IMG/VR virus record: IMGVR_UViG_3300042892_003815
Span: 1 to 64,000 of that record
Strand: one strand, 5' to 3'
DNA from: a virus
Length of the DNA stretch: 64,000 nt
In this document: positions 36,958 to 46,827 of the stretch, in pieces
Layout of the letters: every line of letters begins with the position of its first letter
Numbering within the stretch: the first letter of the stretch is position 1
Notes under the pieces: model-generated
Databases searched by the model: none
What the model was told of the DNA's origin: nothing
The model's input: the letters and a program-made list of their open reading frames with translations, nothing else
Made by a program: the position numbers and the translations under genes

Positions 36958-37467
36958 TTATTCTATTCCTAATTGCTTTAGTTTAAGATCTCTTTTAACA
37001 GAATCATCAACTATAAGTTGAACTTGATTTTTCTCAACCCATTTATCATTCATAAATTGAATAATACCTGGTCTTCTTGTAGCATCTCTTCCAATTTGAT
37101 CTGTTGATGTGAAATCAACTGCTTTAACCTTAACTCTAGTCTCAGTCACTTCTAGAACTTCTAACTCATAAGTTACTTTAAAAGATTCTGGTTTCATTTT
37201 GTTACCATCTTTGTCAGTATCAGTATAAGTAAGTCCATAGTCTGGATAAATAACTTTATGACCTGGTTCGATTGCAATTAAATCTTTCTTAAAAGCATCA
37301 GCTTTATCTTTTTCTCTTTTAATCTTATCTTTTTCCTTTGAGACTTTATCTTTTTCGGCTCTTATCTCTTCGCATTTAGAGTAAAGTATAATATTGCCTA
37401 TTAGAGAACCTAAAAGACATAGTGATACTATAAATACTGCAGTCTGCAACATTAAAATCGCGGTCAT
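36958..37467 (-). CDS. membrane-anchored protein with C-terminal RDLKLKQLG motif
   Basis: N-terminal hydrophobic helix, short coiled coil. Confidence 0.65.
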   Translation of the reverse strand: MTAILMLQTAVFIVSLCLLGSLIGNIILYSKCEEIRAEKDKVSKEKDKIKREKDKADAFKKDLIAIEPGHKVIYPDYGLTYTDTDKDGNKMKPESFKVTYELEVLEVTETRVKVKAVDFTSTDQIGRDATRRPGIIQFMNDKWVEKNQVQLIVDDSVKRDLKLKQLGIE

Positions 37468-37481
37468 ATTTTTTTAATTTA

Positions 37482-37748
37482 TTAAAGTTCGTAATACATT
37501 TCACCATAAATTGGAGATCTTCTAATTATCTCCTTAATCAATTCAATTCCAATATCCTGAAGTAAATATAAGAATACTTGATCGTTCTCATTTTTGGTTA
37601 CCATTTCACCTTTTGCCAATTTTCTTATGTCTTCCTTAGTGAAGTAAACATCAGTTTTATTATAATCAATGCCATGTTTTGCCATTCCACTTTTACATAA
37701 GTTTGTAAATGTAATCTCATTAAATATAGTTCTTGTTTCGTTTTGCAT
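37482..37748 (-). CDS. hypothetical protein
   Basis: 88-aa ORF with early and middle promoter motifs upstream. Confidence 0.65.
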   Translation of the reverse strand: MQNETRTIFNEITFTNLCKSGMAKHGIDYNKTDVYFTKEDIRKLAKGEMVTKNENDQVFLYLLQDIGIELIKEIIRRSPIYGEMYYEL

Positions 37749-37877
37749 ATTAAAATCTTTTTTAACTATATAGTTTTTTTATTAGTTTGTTTATTGATTA
37801 TGCAAATATATGAAAAAATATCTTTTTAGGTTATTATTTTTAATATATAAATCACAATAAATTATAATTATACTAAT

Positions 37878-39581
37878 ATGAAATGGATCAAAAATAGAAA
37901 TCTTTTTTTAGAAGCTAAATTACGTGATGTTATTCTACCAAGACAAGCAAAGGCAGTAATATCAAAATGGGGAGAAAAATACTTAGATTATGAAGAGGTA
38001 ACTCCTACAGATAAGATTATACAAGGAAGTTGGAAATTATCAGAAGAAGATAAGAATGAAGTATTAGGTGTTTTTTGTCAAACAGATATGCCACAACTTT
38101 TTACTTTATTTTCAAATTTACCAGAACAATTTGGTAATGTTTTAAATCAATCTATCAATACTGACTTATTTAGAGAAGATAAGGCTACATATGAAAGAAT
38201 TTTTGAAGGATTTGATATTAGAAAACCTAAATTAGATCAAATACTTGCTATATTCAGTTCAGTTTTTAGAAAACTATCAATTGCTGATACTATGGCAACT
38301 TCTATAATCTCTAAAGATGAATCAAATAGACCAATCAGAGATGAACAAGGTAATATGATTAGAGTTGAAAAGAAGGCAGGTGATTTAGTTTTTAGTAATA
38401 ACTTAATCAATATAAACTCTTTCATTGGTGATTATAATGACTTAGTTGATAAATGTATTGATGCAAATGTTGAAGGATGGTCTGAAACGGATAAAATGGC
38501 ATCATCAAACTTATTTTCAGAAAACAGAAACTTAGGTAGTTTTATAAACTTTGCTGCTACAAATGAGAATACACAATATAAATTAGACTTTGAGATTTTT
38601 AACAAAGATATTTTCCTAAAAATCAGTCATAATCCAAAAGACATTTTAAATATGTCTATTTCTAAATTTTACTCTTCTTGTCAACACTTATATAGTGGTG
38701 GATATAGTTCTAAAGTTTTGGCAAATGTATTTGATCCGAATAGTATACCGGCTTTTTTAATTTTTGAAACTCCTATTTTCTGGGAAGGTGAAAAAATATC
38801 AGAACATTTACCATTATCTAGAATGATTATTAGAAATTTAGAATCATTTGAAGAAAATGCTACTACAAAATTATATTTTGATAGAGCTTATCCAGATAGA
38901 ATGCAAAGTAAATTTGAAGAAATTATCACTAAATATAGTGGAAATGTAAGTACTGGTCAAAGAGGTGATAGATATCTATATACACCAGATTTAGATTTTG
39001 AAGATTCATTAGAAAGTCCATATCAAGATAAACTATCACTTACTCAAGGTAAGATGATTGGTAAAAATATCAAAACATTATATTTAAGTCAGATAGGAAA
39101 TTGGAAAAATGTTAGAATTGATCCTAATGCACGAATAAAAGAATTAATAATCGAAACTACTGAAATACCTGATAGTTTGCTAACCTTAAATATTACTTTA
39201 GATTGGATTAAGTTTAAATTTATTGAAATACATACTTTAAAAGACTTTGATAATATCAAAACAACAAATATAGCATTTGATAAATGTAAATTCTCTAATG
39301 ATGTATTACAAGATATTAATAAATCAAATCCAAATATTACAAAATTACAAATAATTAGTTGTGATAATGTTGGATCTTTTGATTTCTCTACTTTCAAAGC
39401 ATTAGAAGAGTTACAAGTAATATATACTTTAGATTCTGCAGAAGATTTGAAATCAATTGTATCAGAAAACTTGAAGAAATTGATAATTTCTGGAGACTTA
39501 GTAACTAAAGAAAGTAAATCAATAATATCATCTCTTAAAAGTAAAGGATTAAAAATAGAAATAGTTGGACCAGTAATATGA
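37878..39581 (+). CDS. capsid-targeting-motif protein with PcfJ-like central domain and C-terminal leucine-rich repeats
   Basis: Starts MKWIKNRNLFLEA; YSSCQH...LSRMIIR...YFDRAYP; IKTLYL/IKELII/ITKLQI/LEELQV/LKKLII repeats. Confidence 0.6.
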   Translation: MKWIKNRNLFLEAKLRDVILPRQAKAVISKWGEKYLDYEEVTPTDKIIQGSWKLSEEDKNEVLGVFCQTDMPQLFTLFSNLPEQFGNVLNQSINTDLFREDKATYERIFEGFDIRKPKLDQILAIFSSVFRKLSIADTMATSIISKDESNRPIRDEQGNMIRVEKKAGDLVFSNNLININSFIGDYNDLVDKCIDANVEGWSETDKMASSNLFSENRNLGSFINFAATNENTQYKLDFEIFNKDIFLKISHNPKDILNMSISKFYSSCQHLYSGGYSSKVLANVFDPNSIPAFLIFETPIFWEGEKISEHLPLSRMIIRNLESFEENATTKLYFDRAYPDRMQSKFEEIITKYSGNVSTGQRGDRYLYTPDLDFEDSLESPYQDKLSLTQGKMIGKNIKTLYLSQIGNWKNVRIDPNARIKELIIETTEIPDSLLTLNITLDWIKFKFIEIHTLKDFDNIKTTNIAFDKCKFSNDVLQDINKSNPNITKLQIISCDNVGSFDFSTFKALEELQVIYTLDSAEDLKSIVSENLKKLIISGDLVTKESKSIISSLKSKGLKIEIVGPVI

Positions 39582-41356
39582 AAAATCTAAAATATATAAA
39601 ATTATTTGAAGCATTTGATGCAAGAACTCTTAATGTAACTTTAAAACATATTAAGGGAAAAGATGATAAAAAGATCTTTTTATCAAATCTAAAAACAGTA
39701 TGTCAAAAATTTGATATACCTGAATCTAAACTTAGTGATGACTTATTTACTTATTTGCCTTTTAACAAAGCGTTGAAATTCAACAATGTTGTTTCTGATG
39801 ACCAACCTTGTGATGCAGTAGGTGAATTTGTTCATGGTGAAAGATGTGACAATGGTAAAGTAAGAAGACCTTGGGGTAGAGGATTTAGAGTTGTTGATTG
39901 TGGTACTTGTAAAGGTACTGGTATCAAACCTAAAAGATCGGATTTATCTTTACTTAAATTTTGGTTTAATTCAGAAGGTAAATATATTGCAACAACTGCA
40001 GTAGATGGTATTTATAGGGCATCAACTAATACTGCAGCTACAACATTCTCACAAAATATTGCAGATTATGATGTAGTTAAAAGAATTCCTAAGACACAGA
40101 TAAAAAATCAATTAGAAACTGGTGATATAATAGCATTAGATCTTGTGGATGTTCATTGGAATGGAACAACTTATAATGCAGAGACACAGATTGTTGCATA
40201 TGTTTATAAAGAAGTGAGATATGCTAATGAGATTAAAGTATTTGCAATTCAAAATAGAAGAGGAAGATATCCTAGACCTTGGAATAGTGACTGGAGAACT
40301 ATTGGTAATGAGTCTTGGACTCTTACACCTTCTAAATGTAATAATATAACTTTGTTGAAAGCTAAAGCTAATGCGGGTGGTCAAGATCCGTATGGATATA
40401 ATACATTATTTGATATGTCTAACTTCCGTGTTAGACCAGTTCAAGTTACTTCTACATTAAAAGATGCAAACTTTGCAATTATATTAGACTTCGCTAAATT
40501 AGATAAGTTAGCAGTTGTAAAGAAAACAGAAGTAAAATCTGGTAGAACTGAATCAAGAGCAGGTGCAACAGCACTTATATCTAATGATGATATAAAGAAA
40601 GCAAATATTAAAAGATATTTTGATAAAATTGCAACTGGTTTTAAACTAACTGGTGAATTACAAGATGTTAGTAAATTTACTAGTATGGCGGTTAGAGTAC
40701 TTGGTGGTAGATATTCTATGTACTTCTTAAATAGTTCTGCAAGTAGTAATGAAACAGATTCTTTATCAACTATCGCAGGTTATATCTTTAAGATGATTAA
40801 AAAAATAAAAACTGCAGAGAAGGCAGATATTCGATCTGCAGAAGATGGATTAGTAGGAACTGCAGTTGAAGATTTAAAAACAGATAGGGATTTTATAGAT
40901 ATTGTTACTATTATTAATGATAAGTATAAAAGTTTATTAGATAACTCAATTAAAAAAGTAGATAGTACAACTAGATTCCTTAAACAACTTAAAGATAAAG
41001 TTAAGACAGATAATAATGAAGAGTGGGTAGAAAAAGATCTTAGAATATTATCTAATATAGATAACCTATCTACAGAAATCAATAAATATATCTCATCAAT
41101 TAAAGTAGACACTTTAGAAGATGTTGAGTTTCTAATACAGGAAATTTATTCTATAAAAAGTTTATTAAGATCTGATAGAATGAGTGTATCAAACCTAAAT
41201 AGTTTCTTTGATAGAATGCGTCCAGGTAGTTATTATAATGAAGTTCGTTATTTATACCCTGCACTTACAGATAGAAGAACATACTATGGTAATATAAATA
41301 ATGGTATTCAATCTATAATTACAATTATTAGAAAAAAACTAGCAATGTTAGACTAA
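39578..41356 (+). CDS. capsid-targeting-motif protein with DnaJ-type zinc finger
   Basis: Starts MKNLKYIKLFEAF; C-D...C-D-N-G...CGTCKGTG; ATGA overlap. Confidence 0.65.
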   Translation: MKNLKYIKLFEAFDARTLNVTLKHIKGKDDKKIFLSNLKTVCQKFDIPESKLSDDLFTYLPFNKALKFNNVVSDDQPCDAVGEFVHGERCDNGKVRRPWGRGFRVVDCGTCKGTGIKPKRSDLSLLKFWFNSEGKYIATTAVDGIYRASTNTAATTFSQNIADYDVVKRIPKTQIKNQLETGDIIALDLVDVHWNGTTYNAETQIVAYVYKEVRYANEIKVFAIQNRRGRYPRPWNSDWRTIGNESWTLTPSKCNNITLLKAKANAGGQDPYGYNTLFDMSNFRVRPVQVTSTLKDANFAIILDFAKLDKLAVVKKTEVKSGRTESRAGATALISNDDIKKANIKRYFDKIATGFKLTGELQDVSKFTSMAVRVLGGRYSMYFLNSSASSNETDSLSTIAGYIFKMIKKIKTAEKADIRSAEDGLVGTAVEDLKTDRDFIDIVTIINDKYKSLLDNSIKKVDSTTRFLKQLKDKVKTDNNEEWVEKDLRILSNIDNLSTEINKYISSIKVDTLEDVEFLIQEIYSIKSLLRSDRMSVSNLNSFFDRMRPGSYYNEVRYLYPALTDRRTYYGNINNGIQSIITIIRKKLAMLD

Positions 41357-41974
41357 ATGAAACACTTGAGAATATTTGATAATTTTCGAGATAAACAAAC
41401 ATTGATAATTGTCGATGTTCAAAAGTCTTTTAGAAAGTTTTTTACTGAAATGTACTTACATGAATTAAAAAAATATTGTAAGAAGTTTGAATCTGTTTAT
41501 CAAATTTGGGATAATCACGTCGATGGTAAAAATGTGGATAAAGATTATCTATATGATGAGAATCCAGATATTCCAGTTCATAAAGACTTATATCGTTTCC
41601 CTAATCAAAAGGATTTAATAGAGAAAAGATACAACTATGATGTAGATGTAGATTTTTATAAAAATATTCTATCTAAAGATGTTTATGAAGATCTAAAGGA
41701 AAAAGAATCTAATAAAGAATTAAAAAGAGGTGATACATTCAATACTAAGGAAGGCACATTTATAATTTATATTGGCAACAATCACAAATGGTATCATTTA
41801 CCAAAGAAATTACAGGAATTATTCACTGAACTAAAAGGACAAGAAGTTGTTATGGTTGGTGGTTCTGACTCAGAGTGTTATTTAGATGTTGAAACTGCTG
41901 CTAAATCATTTGGTGTTAAGATAAAAAGAGATTTTAAATATATCTACTCGGCTAATCATTGTCCAATAAAATAA
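41357..41974 (+). CDS. isochorismatase/nicotinamidase-like cysteine hydrolase with capsid-targeting-like N-terminus
   Basis: LIIVDVQKSF (catalytic Asp), IEKRYNY (Lys), VMVGGSDSECYLDV (Cys). Confidence 0.75.
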   Translation: MKHLRIFDNFRDKQTLIIVDVQKSFRKFFTEMYLHELKKYCKKFESVYQIWDNHVDGKNVDKDYLYDENPDIPVHKDLYRFPNQKDLIEKRYNYDVDVDFYKNILSKDVYEDLKEKESNKELKRGDTFNTKEGTFIIYIGNNHKWYHLPKKLQELFTELKGQEVVMVGGSDSECYLDVETAAKSFGVKIKRDFKYIYSANHCPIK

Positions 41975-41982
41975 TAATAAAT

Positions 41983-42429
41983 ATGAGATACTTAAAAACT
42001 TTTGAGAATTTTGATTTTGACAGAATAGACTCTGATGAGACTGACTATTTATATGTAGAAACTTCACAGATACCTAATTCTGGTAGAGGTTTATTCACTG
42101 CAATTGATATTGAAAAAGATGAAGTTATTTCAGTTTTTAAAGGGGAAATACTTTCTGATAAAGAAATCAAATCAAGAACTGAATCAGGAGATGATGATTA
42201 CTTTATGAATTTACCAAATGGTGATATATTAGATTGTAAAAAAACTGAATGTTTTGCAAAATATGCTAATGATGCAGGAGGTTCTAATACGAGTTTTAAA
42301 AATAATTGCATTATCTCAATGGAAGGTGATGATGTTGTTCTTGTTGCAACAAGAGATATAGAATCTGGTGAGGAAATATTTGTTGAATATGGTGAAAACT
42401 ATTGGAGTAATAATTCTTACAGACTTTAA
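41983..42429 (+). CDS. SET-domain lysine methyltransferase with capsid-targeting-like N-terminus
   Basis: GRGLFTAIDI-x-K-x-E, AKYAND, VATRDIESGEEIFVEYG..YW; start moved to MRYLKTFENF. Confidence 0.85.
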   Translation: MRYLKTFENFDFDRIDSDETDYLYVETSQIPNSGRGLFTAIDIEKDEVISVFKGEILSDKEIKSRTESGDDDYFMNLPNGDILDCKKTECFAKYANDAGGSNTSFKNNCIISMEGDDVVLVATRDIESGEEIFVEYGENYWSNNSYRL

Positions 42430-42803
42430 TTTACAGTCGCATAAACTTGATAATCAGAAACGGTAAAACTTATAACCATATATTCTTGGTATCTTTCAGG
42501 ATCTTCAAAAAACTCTACAAATAATTCATAAGGAACAGAATCTACCTCTGGTATATAATCTGCAATCTGTGCCATTAGCTCTCCTTCAATTGATTCTGAT
42601 GATAATCTAGTTTCATGTAATAGTTCTGTTAGATTTGCCCCAAAGTTAGGTTCACCTAAAACTTCACCTTTATTAGTAAAGATAATCATTTCATACTTTT
42701 GTATGATAACTCTGATTACATCATCTTCAACAAGCTCGGTCAATTGAAACATTGGATGTCCTGGGTAACAGATATAAAAGTCTATAAAATTAAAATTCGC
42801 CAT
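42426..42803 (-). CDS. gp25: baseplate wedge subunit (T4 gp25-like)
   Basis: MIIFTNKGEVLGEPNFGANLTELL(H)E pattern. Confidence 0.8.
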   Translation of the reverse strand: MANFNFIDFYICYPGHPMFQLTELVEDDVIRVIIQKYEMIIFTNKGEVLGEPNFGANLTELLHETRLSSESIEGELMAQIADYIPEVDSVPYELFVEFFEDPERYQEYMVISFTVSDYQVYATVN

Positions 42804-42822
42804 AAACTATATATAAAAAAAT

Positions 42823-42847
42823 AAAACCCAGTTAGACTGGGTTTTTT
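42823..42847. terminator. terminator hairpin
   Basis: AAAACCCAGT-TAG-ACTGGGTTTTTT. Confidence 0.8.
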
Positions 42848-43803
42848 AATATATCTCTAAATTTTCCGATAATTGTAATTCCTAATATAAGAGGATCTGT
42901 TGCAGTTTCTAACCTTGAAGAGTAATCTGCGATTACATACGCAGTTTCAAATAATTTATTAACACTTTCTTTTTTATCTATAATGCACCAATCAATAAAG
43001 GGCTTTCCTAATAATTTGATCATTACATCAATTTTTTCGGCACCGAAGTTTGACATTAAAAAATGATATGTTTTTTCAAAGTCTAAATCCTCATATAAAG
43101 TATTATAAAGTTCTAACTTTACTTTAGCAGAAACATTACCTGTTCCATCACTTATAGAACCTGTTTCTAAATAACTTTGTACTTCAACTAATACAGAACG
43201 AAAGTCTGGAAACTTTTTAGTAATAATATTTACTAAATCTTCTTTTGGTATTTCTGATTCTTCTTTTGGGAGAATATCATTGTTAATTTTTTTATAGATC
43301 TCTTGTTTAAGATACTTTTCTTCTTCTACTCCTTGACAATCAAATCCAATCTGTTTAATCCTTGATTTTAATCCATCTGATATTTTATTGATATGGTTCG
43401 TTGTAATTATAAAACGAACATTTCTGTTGTATCTTTCTATAAATGCTTTAAAAGCGTCTTGGAAGTTCCCAGAAACTCTCTCAAACTCATCTAAGAATAC
43501 ATACTTAATATCTGAATTAGTTTCCATCATTGGAGTAAACTTACAGAAGTTATCGATTTCAGTTCTAAGTACATCAATGGATGTATCCATTGAACAGTTT
43601 AATTCCAAGTAAGGAGTTTCCTTGGTGTATCTACCGATTAGTATTCTAGCTAAACTAGTTTTACCGGTTCCATAGTGACCGTGAAAGATATAGTGTTGGT
43701 TTACACCATTTTCTAATTCTTTTCTAATTCTTGGAAGTAATATGATATCCTCTATAGTTTTCGGACGCCATTTCTCCCATAATAATAATTTATTTACTGA
43801 CAT
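42832..43803 (-). CDS. gp44: sliding clamp loader AAA+ subunit (T4 gp44/RFC-like)
   Basis: LWEKWRPKTIED, Walker A GHYGTGKTS, Walker B VFLDEFE, FIITTNH, KSR, FPDFRS. Confidence 0.92.
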   Translation of the reverse strand: MSVNKLLLWEKWRPKTIEDIILLPRIRKELENGVNQHYIFHGHYGTGKTSLARILIGRYTKETPYLELNCSMDTSIDVLRTEIDNFCKFTPMMETNSDIKYVFLDEFERVSGNFQDAFKAFIERYNRNVRFIITTNHINKISDGLKSRIKQIGFDCQGVEEEKYLKQEIYKKINNDILPKEESEIPKEDLVNIITKKFPDFRSVLVEVQSYLETGSISDGTGNVSAKVKLELYNTLYEDLDFEKTYHFLMSNFGAEKIDVMIKLLGKPFIDWCIIDKKESVNKLFETAYVIADYSSRLETATDPLILGITIIGKFRDILKNPV

Positions 43804-43850
43804 ATTTTATCTCATTTTCTCATGAGTATATCAAAAATTATCAAAAAAGT

Positions 43851-44405
43851 TTATACTATTGGACGTCCAATTAGATATTCTTCTTCTGTTATGGTTTGGT
43901 CTGGAAGAGTTCTTGTATAAATACCTTTTCTTATCCAATTTATTTCTGAATTTGGAAAAATTTTACTAACTGTTTGTTTATCACAGTATTTACAATCTGC
44001 TCCTATAAGTATCTCTGCCGGTCTTCCGGAAACTTCAATCCAAAATCCTTCTCTATGTAATAGGACAATCAATTGTTTCATTAGTTCTTTTCTCGCTTCT
44101 TTTGTTCCATCGTGACCCCAACCAGAAATCTTGTGTCCGTGAGACTCTCTAGAAAATATAACAACGTCTGCATTAGGATCCTTATCTATATCAACAGCTG
44201 TCCAAAAAGTTAAATCTGGATCATTTACAACTGCATCAGGACTTGATATTCTAACGTGACCACCAAGTGGTTTGTAAGCCAAATCAACAATTTCCCATAT
44301 CTCCTTTTTAAGTTTTTTTCTATCTTCCATAGAAAGTTCAACCCATTTATTCTTATCGTATAAATCAGAGAATGTAAAATCTTCAAATAGTTTAATGTAA
44401 TTCAT
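43851..44405 (-). CDS. capsid-targeting-motif protein, possible GNAT-like fold
   Basis: Starts MNYIKLFEDF; TAATATATAG 4 nt upstream; fold guess is weak. Confidence 0.65.
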   Translation of the reverse strand: MNYIKLFEDFTFSDLYDKNKWVELSMEDRKKLKKEIWEIVDLAYKPLGGHVRISSPDAVVNDPDLTFWTAVDIDKDPNADVVIFSRESHGHKISGWGHDGTKEARKELMKQLIVLLHREGFWIEVSGRPAEILIGADCKYCDKQTVSKIFPNSEINWIRKGIYTRTLPDQTITEEEYLIGRPIV

Positions 44406-44440
44406 TATTCTATATATTAAGATTAGAGAGTTATTTTTTT

Positions 44441-44457
44441 TAATATATACTTTTATG
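44441..44457 (+). promoter_or_regulatory. late promoter abutting start codon (TAATATATAC-TTTT-ATG)
   Basis: Identical 17-mer also at 27491-27507 on minus strand. Confidence 0.7.
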
Positions 44458-45348
44458 ATTGGAGATAGATTTAATTTTGAAGATGTGTTCTTTAGAGATT
44501 TGACTGTATGTGTATTGGATACGTTAGAAGGACAAGTAAAGTGGGTAAATAAGTTTACTTCTGGTGATAAATTTGTAGAGGTTCCTTTTTACTATTCAAT
44601 GACTGGTGATGAAAGATTTCTATTAGATTCATTTACTGATGATATAGTTTCTGGTGATTCTACTGGAAATGGTCGTTATCTTGAATTAAATACTGATATC
44701 ATACCAAGAGGTCATTTAACTATGAAATCATTTGCAATTCGTTCAGATGAATTTGCAAATCCAAATGTTTGGTTAAGAACGGTTGTTGAGAATGAAGTTG
44801 AAATAAAAAAGGTTTTAGGAAGAATTAGAGCGGTTCCAGTAACTGTTAGTTATGATTTGGTAATCACTTTATCGAGTGAAATAGATAGTTTTAAATGTAG
44901 TCAAGCTATTATGGATACACTATGGATTTATAAATTCATGTATTTTGAACATAATTTTATGAATATTGATGCAGTTATTTTAATGCCTGATTCAAATTCT
45001 ATTGAAATGACAAGAGAGAAGAATTTAACATCAGATAATTCAATAAAAATGACAGTTTCATTTGAAGTACAGACATACTATCCTGCATTTAGAAGAGATA
45101 GAGTAGACTTCCCTGGTTATACAAAAGAAAATAGTGGTATGTCGGATATGAATGGATATACAATAGAAGGTGGTTACTCCGACTTTTTTAATAATGTACG
45201 TGGTGGATCTACTGCAGGAGAATCAAATGCCGGATTCTTTGCAACTCCTAAGAGAACACGCTGGTTTAATAATATTCTACGATCTAGAGAGCAAAGTTCT
45301 AGAAGATATGATAATCCAAATGGTGATTTAGGAAATAAAGATAAATAA
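44455..45348 (+). CDS. gp15: tail sheath stabilizer/terminator (T4 gp15-like)
   Basis: VPFYYS...ERFL, IIPRGHL, AVPVTVSYDL pattern. Confidence 0.65.
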   Translation: MIGDRFNFEDVFFRDLTVCVLDTLEGQVKWVNKFTSGDKFVEVPFYYSMTGDERFLLDSFTDDIVSGDSTGNGRYLELNTDIIPRGHLTMKSFAIRSDEFANPNVWLRTVVENEVEIKKVLGRIRAVPVTVSYDLVITLSSEIDSFKCSQAIMDTLWIYKFMYFEHNFMNIDAVILMPDSNSIEMTREKNLTSDNSIKMTVSFEVQTYYPAFRRDRVDFPGYTKENSGMSDMNGYTIEGGYSDFFNNVRGGSTAGESNAGFFATPKRTRWFNNILRSREQSSRRYDNPNGDLGNKDK

Positions 45349-45419
45349 AATAAAAAAGGAAAAAAATGGCTTTTTTACCTTAATATATAGTAATATAAAA
45401 AAAATAATAAATTAGAAAT

Positions 45420-46703
45420 ATGAAGAATCTTAAACTTGAATTGTTTAACTTCAAAAAGGATCTTTCTCTTGATCAAGAAGAAATATCTACGATTGTAGAA
45501 GGACATATGAATGCTTGTAATCAACATTCAGAGAAAACTATAATTACTTCTCTTAATGAAAGATTAAAACCTTATACTTATGATAAAGGTGTAAAGATGT
45601 TATTAGAAGGTCTTAATGATGATATGGCTACATTTGAATTATTATATGAGTTGAAAAATTTATATGGTGTTCTTAATACAAGAAATCAAGGAGAACTTTA
45701 CAGACAACCTATAAATGTTTTATTACAAACTATTAATCTTGAGTCAGATCAAGATAGAATGTCAAAAATTCTTAATGAATTGGCAGTTTATGACTGGGTT
45801 CCAGAAATTAAAGTATTCGTACACAATTTAACAAAATCTCCAGAAAAAAGATCTAATCTTCTAAGTGGTGGTAATGGTGAATCAATTTTTACTGTTGTAG
45901 AACAAGTTGAAGAAGGACATGTTGCTTTGGTTAGAGATTCTTGGTTTTTATTAACAGAGAATTCAATCGAAAAAACTTTATTAGAAAATCACATTAAAGA
46001 TGAAACTGCATTAAGAAGTTTAAGAACTTTAGAAACAGCTATGAAATATTCAACTGTTACTGAAAGTAGAATTAACTTCAGAATTTCAGAATATTTAACA
46101 ATTGGTTTGGCAGTTGGTAAAAAAGGTGGTTTATTCATCAATGATGATGAGTTAAATGAAGAAACTACATTAGAAAGCTTATTTAACTCTCCAATTATTC
46201 CTATCGTTAACAAAAACTTTTATCCAGTTTTATTAGAAACTTCTAAAAACTTAGATAAATTTGTTGAATTAGATGTTGTAAAAAGAGTTAATAACTTAGT
46301 AAATCCTTATTTAGAAGTATTTGCTTTCAATTACAAAAACAATACATTTGTTTACAGATGTGATGAAAGATATGGTAACTCATTCTTTAAATATGAATCT
46401 GCTTTAGAATTAGTAAATGAAGTAAGAAATGAATTAAACTATGATTTAACTTATTTCTACGAAAACAAACTAAGTAAAGAATTAATTGTTAAAAGAAAAC
46501 TTGAAGATAAAGAAAGAGAAATCTCTCTTAAATTAGAAGATGTTGAATTTAATATAGATAAAGTTAAAGGTTCTTTAAAAATGATTGGTGAATCAGAGGT
46601 TTTAACAACTGCATTATCTAATTTAGAAAAAAGACAAACTAATCTTATTACTGAATTACAGGCAGTTAAAGAATTACAATACAAAGAAAGAATTAAAGGA
46701 TAA
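45420..46703 (+). CDS. conserved late-gene protein, probably virion structural
   Basis: 427-aa ORF, strong late box, coiled-coil C-terminus, optimised codons like capsid genes. Confidence 0.65.
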   Translation: MKNLKLELFNFKKDLSLDQEEISTIVEGHMNACNQHSEKTIITSLNERLKPYTYDKGVKMLLEGLNDDMATFELLYELKNLYGVLNTRNQGELYRQPINVLLQTINLESDQDRMSKILNELAVYDWVPEIKVFVHNLTKSPEKRSNLLSGGNGESIFTVVEQVEEGHVALVRDSWFLLTENSIEKTLLENHIKDETALRSLRTLETAMKYSTVTESRINFRISEYLTIGLAVGKKGGLFINDDELNEETTLESLFNSPIIPIVNKNFYPVLLETSKNLDKFVELDVVKRVNNLVNPYLEVFAFNYKNNTFVYRCDERYGNSFFKYESALELVNEVRNELNYDLTYFYENKLSKELIVKRKLEDKEREISLKLEDVEFNIDKVKGSLKMIGESEVLTTALSNLEKRQTNLITELQAVKELQYKERIKG

Positions 46704-46717
46704 TTATTACTAAATAT

Positions 46718-46757
46718 AAAAAAAAATACTCAAACTTTGTTTGAGTATTTTTTTTTT
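46718..46757. terminator. terminator hairpin
   Basis: AAAAAAAATACTCAAA-CTTTG-TTTGAGTATTTTTTTT. Confidence 0.85.
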
Positions 46758-46784
46758 AAACTTTTTCTAATGAATATATATAAC
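46758..46784 (+). promoter_or_regulatory. middle-type promoter of sigma gene
   Basis: AAAC-N17-TATAAC. Confidence 0.55.
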
Positions 46785-46827
46785 ATGAATGAATAGCATT
46801 ACAGAGTTCAACTCTGAAAAAAAATAA

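Noticed and set aside
45420-45460. MKNLKLELFNF as a seventeenth cargo motif
   Set aside because: Spacing of the aromatic and acidic residues differs from the consensus; left out of the count.
46785-46796. Minigene ATG-AAT-GAA-TAG upstream of sigma
   Set aside because: Lies immediately after the -10 element, so probably upstream of the transcription start.
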